From Felis catus (lineage: Eukaryota), in assembly GCF_018350175.1 (NCBI RefSeq), contig NC_058368.1, forward strand, positions 96,722,001-96,786,000: a stretch of DNA of 64,000 nucleotides, written 5' to 3'. A model generated the notes under the pieces. It worked only from the letters and a program-made list of their open reading frames with translations. It was not told the origin of the DNA and did no database searches. Shown here in pieces: positions 41,287 through 53,030 of this stretch; position 1 is the stretch's first letter; each line of letters starts with the position of its first letter. Made by a program: the position numbers and the translations under genes.

Positions 41287-41475
41287 GGGGACACTTGGGT
41301 GGCTCAGTTGGTTAAGCATCTGACTTGGGCTCAGGTCATGATCTCACGGTTATGGGTTCTGTGCTGACAGCTCAGAACCTGGAACCTGCTTCAGATTCTG
41401 TGTCTCCCTCTCTCTCTGCCCCTCCCCCACTCACGCTCTGTCTCCCTGTCTCAGAAATAAACATTAAAAAATTTT
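41287..41475 (+). mobile_element. CAN-SINE
   Basis: SINE with a small internal deletion; decayed T-rich TSD. Confidence 0.92.
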
Positions 41476-41918
41476 TTTAAATTTTCCTTTTGACCCTCAG
41501 CATGAGTCACTTTAAAACATTCCACATGTACTGTTTCTTCCTTATTAATTCATTAACATACATTGGAAGATCTTGGTACATTTTGATTGCTACTGTGGCA
41601 CTAGTAACAGATATAAAATCTAAGTCACAATCCCCTTAGCACCTGCCCAAAAAGGTCTCAACAATTACTAGCTTTAACAGTTGCAAAGCTTTGTTTATTT
41701 GGCTTCTAATTTTGAATATATCCTCAGTAGCTAATTAAGAACTATGAGACCCTGGCTAAGTTTGATTGCCCCCACCAAGAAATCTATTCTTCTATCAAAA
41801 TAAAATGGGGCCCAACAGCTCAAAGATATAAGGTTCGCTTTATCTCAAACAAACACAGCTAGAATATTATGAACAAGGAAGAAGTAACATTTTCTGGAAA
41901 AGCTTAACATTTTCTTAC

Positions 41919-42182
41919 CGGCGAGCATACTTGCTTTGGAAAACCCTTCAAGTGAACAATGGTTTGCATTATACTCAGGCTTTAGTTTTTCTCTAAATCT
42001 TCCTTTGTACGGCATTTCCTAAGCTCTCTCCACTCTGCCTGACAGTTTTGTTATTTTAGCCTGATTTTCTGCAATTTTACTTTTCTGCTGTCTGGATAAT
42101 TTTATTATTTGCCATCTTCTCTCTTTCAGACTGGGGTTTTTTTATTCTGGTTTTGGCTTGCTGGGGTTTTGGCAGTCTTCTG
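41919..42182 (-). other. Candidate largely non-coding (5' UTR-like) exon
   Basis: Donor CCG|gtaaga; acceptor cctcttgtattttacag|CAG (NAGNAG), or a first exon from the adjacent promoter-like patch; stops in all three frames. Confidence 0.45.
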
Positions 42183-42239
42183 CTGTAAAATACAAGAGGT
42201 TTGGAAGCTGTGCAGATGGCAAATGCAGTGTTGTGTGCT

Positions 42240-42360
42240 TTCATTCATGATGGGCTTCCGGCTTTTTAGAACCGGCAGGAAAACCGCCAACTCTTATTTC
42301 CTGTGCCCACTTCTGACACGTTTCAGCAAGACTGCAGTAGTGACTTGACGGACTGAGGTT
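42240..42360. promoter_or_regulatory. Candidate ETS/RUNX-type promoter or enhancer
   Basis: CTTCCGG (42255), CAGGAAA (42276), AACCGC (42282), ATTTCCTG (42296) and TGACG; five CpGs within about 100 bp of unique DNA in a CpG-poor window. Confidence 0.45.
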
Positions 42361-42410
42361 TTACAGTGTGGGTAGTCCCTGGTGGATGGAACTTAAAAGA
42401 AAAATCATCA

Positions 42411-42608
42411 GGGGTGCCTGGGTGGCTCAGTCAGTTAAGTGACTTTTGGTTTCAGCTCAGGTCATGATCTCACGGTTGGTGGGTTCTAACCCCATTTGGG
42501 GATCTGCACCCAGAGTGTGGAACCTGCTTGGGATTCTCTCTCCCTATGTCTTTGCCCCTCCCCCGCTTGCTCTCTCTCTTGAAATAAATAAACAAACTTA
42601 AAGAAAAA
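42411..42608 (+). mobile_element. CAN-SINE
   Basis: GGGGTGCCTGGGTGGCTCAG head, AATAAA tail. Confidence 0.93.
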
Positions 42609-43169
42609 CCAAGTCTAGAAAAAAAATCTTCTGTTCATATTTAGCATTGATCTTCTTACATCATCTATCTTGGTACGTTTTTAATCAATCTGCTTACCTT
42701 TGAAGTTAACATCCCCTTCCTCCTATGGAAGAGTTCAGTGATTACCCAATCTTTCCTTACAGTTTACGTTGTTTGTTTCTTTTTCCCCTGAGCCAGTGCA
42801 CAAGAGAACAAGAAATTTTATTTTTCCCCCCAAAGAACACCTTGCCAAGTACTATCATTTAAATAGTAAGACCCACAATCTCAGGTGAAGTTTAATGATC
42901 TTTTTTCCAGAAATGGCACCTCGAAAAACACAGCATTTATTCCAGTAGTTATATTTGAGTGCTAAGCTCAGACAAACTATTCCTCTTTGGAAAAGGAAGA
43001 ACCATTTTGCCACACCATGGATCAAATATTTAGGACCCCCTGGTAAACCAAAGAGGATAGTGCAGTGCTATAGAAACAGGGAAATATTGGTTAGCACTAC
43101 TAAGGAAAGCACGTAGTTCCACAATATAGCTATTGGAATGTAAGAATTAGTAATAATAAAGTTCTTCCA

Positions 43170-43385
43170 GGGGCACCTGGGTGGCTCAGTCCGTTGAGCA
43201 TCCAACTTCGGCTCAGGTCATGATCTCACAATTCCTGAGTTCAAGCCTCACATTGGGCTTGCTGCTGTCACCACAGAGCCCACTTTGGATCCTCTGTCCT
43301 CTGTCTCTCTGCCCCTACCCCGCCTGTGCTCTTGCTCTCAAAAATAAACATTAAACAATTTTAAAAAAATAAATAAATAAAAAAA
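43170..43385 (+). mobile_element. CAN-SINE
   Basis: TSD AATAA(A/G)GTTCTTCCA. Confidence 0.95.
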
Positions 43386-44656
43386 TAAGGTTCTTCCAAT
43401 GCCCTCAGTTTCCCTTGACTCTGCTTTTCTTTTTTTTTTTTTTTGTCCCAGAGAGATGCATTAGGGAAAACACAATTAATTTCTGCACAATCTAAAAGCT
43501 CAGCACAAGAATATATAAGCATTCAGCCCAAGAAAAATAAACGTTCACAAATACAACTTCATATTCTCTGATATGCTATATAGTGCTTATTGATTTATGG
43601 GTGCTACTAAAAAAAAAAGGCACACCATTTTGCTCCTGGTCACAGATAAATAATTTGATTCCTAAGCAACTGGTCTGCTTCCCATTCTGCCCTCCATCTT
43701 TAACAAACTGGACTCAGTGGGAATTCTAAAAGCATAACTAATGAAGCCCCAACCATGGAACATGAAGCAAGGATTCCAGATTTCCCAGGAGGCTTTCAAT
43801 GCTTTACACAAAACCCAGACAAGACATGTCTCCATCATGGAAGACTCTTTTTTATAACAAGACATGTTCTTCTCTGGTCCTGCCTCTAAAATGGCAACAG
43901 CACTCTTTCCCCCACTCTCAGTTCATATGTCAGAAGGAAAACACCCCATACCCACCTCCAGAAGACTATGGATGCCAAGGCATCACGCTCATTGGAGAAC
44001 CACTGTTACACATGGTACCACGAAGGCTTCTCTAACGTAGGACCCCAAAGCGACTAAGATATTCTGTTACACATTAAATAAGGGAGTCAAGCCACAGGAA
44101 CCGCATATGCCTCAGATAGTTTCTTTTCCTTTTGAATGGATTCACATTTTGCATTATTAAATATTCAATTACTTAACTTGATCAAAAGAAAGTGGAGGGT
44201 CATGCACACGCAAATACAAGGTCAAGAAAATAAAACTATTTTTTTTTTCTCAGACCCTGATGCATTTCAATGAGTAGATAATTCGTATCTATTTGTATTG
44301 GATCGCCTATGCAGCCAAATTGAAACTATAATAAGGAGATTGTAATATGAGGCTAAACGGACCCTAAGACCACCTTATATGTAAATTAAGGTACAATGAG
44401 AGGGCCAATTTTATTATGGGGTAAATAGGCTATTCAGGATATTCATATGGAAATATTATCAGCCTCATTTAAAGTTATCTGATAACGAAGACAATATATT
44501 TTTTATAAAGTAGTAAGGATTGATTGTTTGAATGATATCTGTTTTTCAGTAGAAACTTAGCTACTGTGACATTGTCTCCATATTAATGTGCATATTTCAA
44601 GTTAGAAAGTTTAGTTTAGTTGTCATAGCACTAAGGAAAACTGGCTACAGGATCAT

Positions 44657-44772
44657 ATTTATTTTTTTAATGTTTATTTATTTTTGAGAAAGTACAAGTG
44701 GGAGAGGGGCAGAGAAAGGGAGACAGAGGATCCAAAGTGGGCTGTGCACTGAGAGAAGCGAGCCCAGTGGGA
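44657..44772 (-). mobile_element. 5'-truncated CAN-SINE
   Basis: Only the tail and 3' body are present. Confidence 0.85.
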
Positions 44773-45258
44773 CCTTGTTTTCCAAGGTCATAGGGGAAAA
44801 AAATCACCGAACAATAACATCCAGAGAAGGGCTAAGAAGTTGGAGGGTGCTTCTTCCAGATATTAAAACATAGTAGAAAACTTCTATAATGAAACTATAT
44901 AGTACTGGCACATGGATGACGAGACTTATGTGGAGAACACAATAAAAACTTCATAAATGGATCCTAGCGCATAGGAAAATTTAAAACATAAGCACAGCAT
45001 CTCAGATTAGTGCCAAGAAAACCGTACGTCATATGGAATACTACCCATGTAGATCATTCCTCACGTCACAAATCAGGATAAATCTCTAATCCATCAGATA
45101 CTGAAAGGTAGGAAACATGACCATACGTATACTAGGATAAAATGGGTCAACTCCTTTATAAACCAGACTGCAGAACACTTTTCTACTTAGGATTCAACAT
45201 CTGGAAGCAAAGTAAAGGAAGAGACTGGTAAATTTTTGTGCATTTAGAAAACTATCAG

Positions 45259-45465
45259 ACCATGGAGGAAGGTAAGGGAAAACAAAAAAAAAAGAGGGAG
45301 GGAGGCAAACCATACGAGACTCTTAAAAACTGAGAATAAACTGAGGGTTGATGGCAAGTGGAAGGGAGGGGAAAGTGGGTGATGGGCATCGAGAGAGCAC
45401 CTGTTGGAATGAGCACTGGGTGTTGGATGGAAATCAATTTGACAATAAATTTCATATTAAAAAAA
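45259..45465 (+). mobile_element. Felid L1 3' UTR-only insertion
   Basis: ACCATGGAGGAAGG..GAGCACTGGGTGTTG..GACAATAAATTTCATATTAAAA; decayed TSD ending ATCAG. Confidence 0.9.
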
Positions 45466-45649
45466 ACACATCAGCATAACACACACACGCACCCTAAGTA
45501 GTGTAAAAAAGACAAACTGCAAATGAGAAAATCATTTATCAGTAACCTATCACAGTAAAAATACCCTAGAAAATTTGAAAAGCTTGTTAGAAGAAAAAGA
45601 CCAAAGGGAATTTGTCTTAAAAACGGGGGGGGGGGGGGGGGGGCGGGGA

Positions 45650-45855
45650 GGAGCGCCTGAGTGGCTCAGTTGGTTGGGTGCCCGACTTCAGCTCAGGTCA
45701 TGATCTCACAGTCCGTGAGTTCGAGCCCCGTGTTGGGCCCTGTGCTGACAGCTCAGAGCCTGGAGCTTGCTTCAGATTCTGTGTCTCCCTCTCTCTGACC
45801 CTTCCCTGTTCATGCTCTGTCTCTCTTTGTCTCAAAAATAAACATTTTAAAAAAA
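45650..45855 (+). mobile_element. CAN-SINE with G-run flanks
   Basis: SINE body flanked by G runs ending GGGGAG on both sides. Confidence 0.93.
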
Positions 45856-46624
45856 GGGGGGGGGGAGAATAAGAATCTATAAAGATGCTCATCTTTGTTC
45901 ATAATAACAAACACAAATTAACCTATTCTCAAATAAGACTACTCACCTAAGGGTCAAACATCTAAAATTATGACAACATTTTCCTTGGATGGTTGGCCTG
46001 CAGGCCGTCAGGCACTGTCACTCATTACAGGTGGGAATGCTAAATGATACAAGCCAAGAGAATTTAATGTCTAGTCTAACTACATACACGATGGTCTTTA
46101 TCTCAATAATGCTCACCATTAGGACTTTCCCCAAATACAGTCAGAGTGGGCTAAACTGTCATACACAAAGATTATTCATTGTAACAATTGTTGCAATAAG
46201 AAAATCATGGGGGAAATCAGGATCCATCACCAGGCGATTCCCTGAGCAAACTTTAGTGGCATATCCTACAGCTATAAACGTGAGTAAGAAAGATGTGCTC
46301 TACTGTTATGCATCGAGCACCCGGACACATTGTTAGGCGACACACCATCTGTAGACCAGTTTTTATAGTATTACAGCACTGTTTGTATAAGAAAAAGGCT
46401 GGGAATGTGTGTGCATGTATGTGCATATAAGACACACACGTGCATATTGATTCACACACATTTATACGTGTACACATCTATGTGCATACAAATATATCAT
46501 TTTTTAAAACAACAAGATAAACCCAAAAGGACCCCAAATTGCTACATATTAAGATGAGGTAGGGATACAGATCAAACATGGACTTCTGTTTGGAGTTTTT
46601 ACTTTGGACATGATGAGTGATTTT

Positions 46625-47277
46625 TGTTTTGTTTTTGGAAAGAAATTTATTTTTTTTTTAATTTACATCCAAATTAGTTAGCATATAATGCAACAATGGT
46701 TTCAGGGGTAGATTCCTTAATGCCCTTTACCCATTTAGCCCACCCCCTCCCACAACCGCTCCAGTAACCCTCTGTTTGTTCTCCATATTTATGAGTCTGT
46801 TTTGTCCTCCTCCCTGTTTTTATATTATTTTTGCTTCCCTTCCCCTGTGTTCATCTGTTTTGTCTCTTAAAGTCCTCATATGAGTGAAGTCATATGATTT
46901 TTGTCTTTCTCTGACTAATTTCACTTAGCATAATACCCTCTAGCTCCATCCACGTAGTTGCAAATGGCAAGATTTCATTCTTTTTGATTGCTGAGTAATA
47001 CTCCATTGTATATATATACCACATCTTTTTTATCCATTCATCCATCGATGGACATGTGGGCTTTTTCCATACTTTGGCTATTGTTGATAGTGCTTCTATA
47101 AACATTGGGGTGCATGTGTCCCTTCAAAAGAGCACACCTGTATCCCTTAGCTAAATACCTAGTAGTGCAATTGCTGGGTGGTACGGTTGTTCTGTTTTTC
47201 ATTTTTTGAGGAACCTCCATACTGTTTTCCAGAGTGGCTGCACCAGTTTGCATTCCCACCAGCAGTGCAAAAGAGAA
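46625..47277 (-). mobile_element. 5'-truncated feliform L1
   Basis: Minus-strand ORF2 end [48 protein letters not shown](G/T)TG(A/T)TTTT. Confidence 0.94.
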
Positions 47278-48058
47278 CATGATGATTGTTTTACATAAAT
47301 GAACCAAAGTGACATTAGCTAACAAAAAGATATCCCTGTATTTTGAAAAGAAATTGGAGTAAATGAGCATAACTGAGTGTTAGGATGGCAGAATACCCAT
47401 CTAAAGAAATTAGGTTGAGAAATTAAAACAGTATTTTCATTCTCCAGGCCTTTGGGGATATATCCTAAGGACAACATGAACTAGAAAGAAATCCTCAATT
47501 GTACTTAGTTGTCTTATTATTAGAAAGGCTGGCCTAATTGTTTTGAGACTACTATATCATTGTATAAAAGAACTAAGTAACAATGTTAATGCCAATAAGA
47601 ACCAAGATTTTCAGACTAAAAAAAAGAGATCTCAGTATAAAAATCCTAGTAAGTATCCTCTAATTTGAAATTTAAGTTACCTTAAACTTCAACAAACTCA
47701 CGATGTGTTTTTGCTACGTAAATAAGTTTGGACTTTCCAGTCCTGTCTCCTGAGTAGGTCTAAAAGAAATGATAATGCAGTAGCAAGAGGTCAACCTACA
47801 GCTTAGATTCAAAAGGTCATTTCGTACTGAAAGAACAAAGGCTCTTTGGGGGAAGATTGGATAATTCCAGGTCTAGAGGAATATTCAAATGAGCCTGGGA
47901 CATCTTGTGCAAAAAAACAAGAAAGGTTTCAAAAATTGCTGGAGTCATATAAAAAGACATAAAAAAGGCAACAAGCTCCCCATTGGTCAAAAAGAAGATA
48001 ACTTGAGAATCAGACTGAGTAATGTTTCCAACTGATGAGAGCACATATATTGTTTTCT

Positions 48059-48062
<4 letters not shown>

Positions 48063-48109
<47 letters not shown>
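48063..48109. repeat. (GA)n(GACA)n compound microsatellite
   Basis: Direct reading of the sequence. Confidence 0.95.
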
Positions 48110-48373
48110 TTGGTCAACTCTAAGAATGTTAAAATATGAACTCATTAAGCAAACAAATTAACACACATACCAATTTGGGGCATTCTCCACCATTTCTTAC
48201 TTTCCATAAATCCTTCAACTGCTTTGGGCTTAAATGCATAACCAAATCTTTTTTCTGTGTTTGCATAAACCATATTTCGTGGTAGTAATATTACATGAAG
48301 GAACATTATGATTTATAGAAGAATGTCAGCTATAAATACAGAAGGAATGATCCCATTAAAAAATCATAACTCT

Positions 48374-48585
48374 GGGTCGCCTGAGTGGCTGAGTCAGTTG
48401 AGCGTCTGACTCCAGCTCAGGTCATCATCTCATGATTCTTGAGTTCGAGCTTCGCGACGGGCTCTGTGCTGACAGCGCGGAGCCTGGAGCCTGCTTCCAA
48501 TTCTGTCTGCCTCTCACTCTGCCCCTTCCCTGGCTCATGCTCTGTCTCTATCTCTCAAAAATAAATAAACATTAAATTTTTTTTT
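48374..48585 (+). mobile_element. CAN-SINE
   Basis: TSD AAATC(A/C)TAACTCT. Confidence 0.95.
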
Positions 48586-49039
48586 TAAATCCTAACTCTA
48601 TAATCTCTACAGAAAGCAAAGATCTTGGCAAGGAATTATAAAGAGATGATCCCTAGGTGAAAGTCAAATTCTGTAATAGACACAGTGAGGCTGGGACACT
48701 AACTCACTGACGTACCTTAACATCACTAGAAGTGGGGCACTAGAAAATTCACAGCACCCCCAAGAGCAACTACTGAAGTTTTTGTTTTTTTGTTTTGTTT
48801 TGCTGGTGTGTTGTGGCGAGCAGAGAGAGAGACTCTGAATCAAATTAACCATTTAGATGGACACTTTGCAGGAATTATGGGGAATGGATGAGAAAGTTAA
48901 GTAAATGAAACCACAAAGAAACAATCTGACAAATTCAAAATGTAATCAACTCCTCCAACACCTACTTTCGTTTTCAACAAATAAATGGTAATGGGGGTAG
49001 AAACAGGGAAGAAACTGCTATCAAGAAATTTACAAACAT

Positions 49040-50668
49040 AAATATTGTTAAAATGTCAATACTACCCAAAGCTTTCTACACATTCAATGCAATCCCAATC
49101 AAAATTGCACCAGCATTCTTCTCAAAGCTAGAACAAGCAATCCTAAAATTTGTATGGAACCGCAAAAGACCCCGAATAGCCAAAGTAATATTGAAGAAGA
49201 CGACCAAAATGGGAGGCATCACGATCCCAGACTTTAGCCTCTACTACAAAACTGTAATCATCAAGATAGCATGGTATTGGCATGAAAACAGACACGTAGA
49301 CCAATGGAATAGAATAGAAACCCCAGAATTGGACCCACAAATGTATGGGCAACTAATCTTTGACAAAGCAAGAAAGAGTATCCAATGGAAGACAGTCTCT
49401 TTAACAAATGGTGCTGGGAGAGCTGGACAGCAACATGCAGAAGAATGAAAGTAGACCACTTTCTTACACCATTCACAAAAATAAACTCAAAATGGATAAA
49501 GGACCTGAATGTGAGACAGGAAACCATCAAAACCCTAGAAGAGAAAGCAGGAAAAAAACCTCTCCGACCTCAGCCGCAGCAATTTCTTACTTGACACATC
49601 TCCAAAGCTAAGGGAACTAAAAGCAAAAATGAACTATGGGACCTCATGAAGATAAAAATCTCCTGCAGTGCAAAGGAAACAATTAACAAAACTAAAAGAC
49701 AACCGACAGAATGGGAAAAGATACTTGCAAATGACATATCGGACAAAGGGCTAGTATCCTAAATCTATAAAGAGCTCACCAAACTCCACACCCAAAAAAC
49801 AAATAATCCAGTGATGGAATGGGTGGAAAACATGAATAGACACTTCTCTAAGGAAGACATCCAGATGGCCAACAGGCACATGAAAAGATGCTCCACGTCA
49901 CTCTTCATCAGGGAAACACAAATCAAAACCACACAGATATCACCTCACACCAGTCAGAGTGGCTAAAATGAACAAATCAGGAGACTGTAGATGCTGGAGA
50001 AGATGTGGAGAAACAGGAACCTTCTTGCATTGTTGGTGGGAATGCAAACGGGTGCAGCCGCTCTGGAAAAGTGTGGAGGTTCCTCAAAAAATTAAAAATA
50101 GACCTACCCTAAGACCCAGCAATAGCACTGCTAGGAATTTACCCAAGGGATACAGGAGTACTGATGCATAGAGGCACTTGTACCCCAATGTTTAGAGCAG
50201 CACTTTCAACAATAGCCAAATTACGGAAAAAGCCTAAATGTCCACAAACTGATGAATGGATAAATAAATTGTGGTTTATATACACAATGGAATACTATGT
50301 GGCAATGAGAAAGAATGACATATGGCCTTTTGTAGCAATGTTGATAGAACTGGACAGTGTTAAGCTAAGTGAAATAAGTCATAGAGAGAAAGATACCATA
50401 TGTTTTCACTCTAATGTGGATCCTGAGAAACTTCACAGAAGACCATGGGGGAGGGGAAGGAAAAAAAAAAAAAGGTTAGAGAGGGAGGGAGCCAAACCAT
50501 AAGAGACTCTTAAAAACTGAGAACAAACAGGGTTGATGGGGGTGAAAGGGAGGGGAAAGTGGGGGATGGGCATTGAGGAGGACACCTGTTGGGATGAGCA
50601 CTGGGTGCTGTATGCAAACCAATTTAACAATAAACTTCATATTAAAGAAAGAAAAAAAGGAAAGAAAA
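49040..50668 (+). mobile_element. 5'-truncated felid L1 (1.6 kb), relatively young
   Basis: ORF2 C-terminal remnants ([18 protein letters not shown]...), 3' UTR and A tail; perfect 17-bp TSD AAGAAATTTACAAACAT at 49023-49039 and 50669-50685. Confidence 0.96.
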
Positions 50669-51053
50669 AAGAAATTTACAAACATTAATCAAGAACATTT
50701 AAACTGTTTCAATTTTGATGGGAACCAACTGTAAAAAGATGGGCTTTATTTTAGGTAATGGGGCAAATTGAACACAGACTGGATCATACACTATTGTTCA
50801 TATCAGAAGTTGTGATAATGGCAGTGCACACAGGGAAAAAGTCGTGAGGCATTTAAAATATAATCTGAAGAATTTATGGTATCAGGGATTCGTTTAAATA
50901 ATTTTGGAAAAAATAAGAGGATAAAACAGATTCCAAAATGTTGGTAACTCTCGAAGCTGGAGGTTATGTACATGGCAGTTCATGATGCTGTTTATTTTCG
51001 AATTTTCATTGGAAATTACGTTAAAAATATTTTACAATATAATGACTCCAGGC

Positions 51054-51231
51054 TTTTTAAAGAAAAAAAATTATTCATTTTTGAGAGATGGAAAGAGAGA
51101 GCACAAACAGGGGAAGGACTGAGAGACAGAATCCAAGCAGGCTCCCCACCGTCAGGGTCTTGAACTCACAAACCATGAGATCACGACCTGAGCTGAAATA
51201 GAGTCACATGGTTAACCAACTAGGCACCCCT
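51054..51231 (-). mobile_element. CAN-SINE (internally deleted)
   Basis: Antisense SINE; TSD TGACTCCAG. Confidence 0.88.
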
Positions 51232-51711
51232 AGTGACTCCAGAAATTTCTATCGTATGTAACTACTAGTTACGCACAGTAACTACATGTTCGTATGCAAG
51301 CACTACAGGACCTTTCCAGCATGATTCCTATTACGTACCTTTCCACTGTTGTTTTCAAAAAGGGCTATTTATGCTTTGATCAGACCTGGTGTGTGTACAG
51401 GCAGTTTTCAATATGTTCTGCTTCCTATGCTTTCCCAATCTATTAAGTAATATCACATAGGAATTTTCTATCGTTTCTTTGCAATGAAAAAATGAAACAA
51501 GATGCTGTCTAGAAAGGACCCTCTGCTTTTATTTGATATTTACCTCACAGACTCCCCACATGCAGATCCTGAACCTCCCGCAGACCACACAGAAAACCAT
51601 GAAACTGTGAAATAAACAGTGTGTGGAGGCTGAGTGAGGTCTTACACATACAAGATGCATTATATATAAAGTTGATAGAGATGCTTTATGATTGAGAAAT
51701 TAAAAACCTCA

Positions 51712-51940
51712 GGGGCGCCTGGGTGGCTAGTAGGTTAAGCGTCCGACTTCAGCCAGGTCACGATCTCGCGGTCCGTGAGTTCGAGCCCCGCGTCAGGCTC
51801 TGGGCTGATGGCTCAGAGCCTGGAGCCTGTTTCCGATTCTGTGTCTCCCTGTCTCTCTGCCCCTCCCCCGTTCATGCTCTGTCTCTCTCTGTCCCAAAAA
51901 AAAATAAATAAACGTTGGGAAAAAAAAAATTTTTAAAAAA
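51712..51940 (+). mobile_element. Young felid SINEC_Fc-type CAN-SINE
   Basis: Retains many CpGs (GGTCACGATCTCGCGGTCCGTGAGTTCGAGCCCCGCG); felid-type CAGCCAGG, GGGCTGATGG and GTTTCCGATT variants; TSD ending ACCTCA. Confidence 0.95.
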
Positions 51941-52742
51941 ACACCTCAAATAACAAATAATTAAATTAGGACTCCTCATAGGTAAAACTATGCTTTTTTT
52001 TCTTTACCATTAACAATGTCCTAATCCTTGACAGTACTGAGTAACTCTGACTCCTTAGTTCTCTGACTACAAGGAATTTAATTTTCAGGCATTTTATGAT
52101 TAGTAGTGATTTTTGTGTCTTTGGAAAGAGGAAATCTGCAAGACCTTTACTAAAATGATTCCTGAACGATTGATCAGGAGTGGTCCACCATCTTCCCTAA
52201 AACTAACTCCTCCCTACAAGACAAGATGTCAATAGGCTGAGAAGTCCCTCACCAGCCTATGTAAGTAGGATATCATGTGAATGGAACCTCTCGGAGGCGT
52301 GTGATATAGTGCCTGAAAACCAGGAACTTTTTGTCTTCAAGATTACAAAACGCAAAACCACTATCCTTTTTGTATCGAAATTACCTCAAGTTCAAGCACA
52401 AAGTAGCATGGTGTACCAACAGTACAAGACAGAGACAACACCATTGGCTAAGAGCATCTACAAGTGCACCATCTTACGGCATAAACTAAATCCCTACTGA
52501 ATTTTACATTAAATCTGATCTCCAGAGTGAGTGATTACAGGACTTTCAAGGAACGGATGGATCGCTGAAGGAAACATGCTAGAGACAAATGGACCCCGCA
52601 TCCTGGTGACTGGCTGCCTATTTATGACTGTAAATTATTATTTAGACCAGATGAAACCCTGATTCATTTTTCTAGAAGCTCCTTAACTATTTTTGCAGAT
52701 GTCTTCAGTGAATCCTTCCTTCTATCCTTAAGAACAAGGTAC

Positions 52743-53030
52743 AGAAGACCATGGGGGAAGCGAAGGGGGAAAATAGTTACAGAGAGGGAGGGAGGCAAAC
52801 CATAATAGACTCTTAAATACAGAGAACAAACTGAGGGTTGATGGGGGGGGATGCACGGAGGAGAGGGAAAAATGGGTGACGGGCATTGAGGAGGGCACTT
52901 GCTGGGAGGAGCACTGGGTGTTGTATGTAAGCAATGAATCACAGGACTCTACCCCCAAAACCAAGAGCACACTGTATACACTGTATGTCTGCCAACTTGA
53001 TAATAAGTTGTATTTAAAAAAAAAGAAAAA
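52743..53030 (+). mobile_element. Felid L1 3' UTR-only insertion
   Basis: Perfect TSD AAGAACAAGGTAC (52730-52742 and 53031-53043), TT/AAGA site, A tail. Confidence 0.95.

Larger units (their letters stand above)
44775..46605 (+). mobile_element. Ancient L1ME ORF2/3' fragments, interrupted
   Basis: CTTCCAGATATTAAAACATAGTAGAAAACTTCTATAATGAAACTATATAGTACTGGCAC; AAGATGCTCATCTTTGTTCATAATAA. Confidence 0.6.

Noticed and set aside
38400..42360. Assigning a gene symbol to the candidate exons
   Set aside because: I do not recognise the sequence or peptide well enough; a database search is required.
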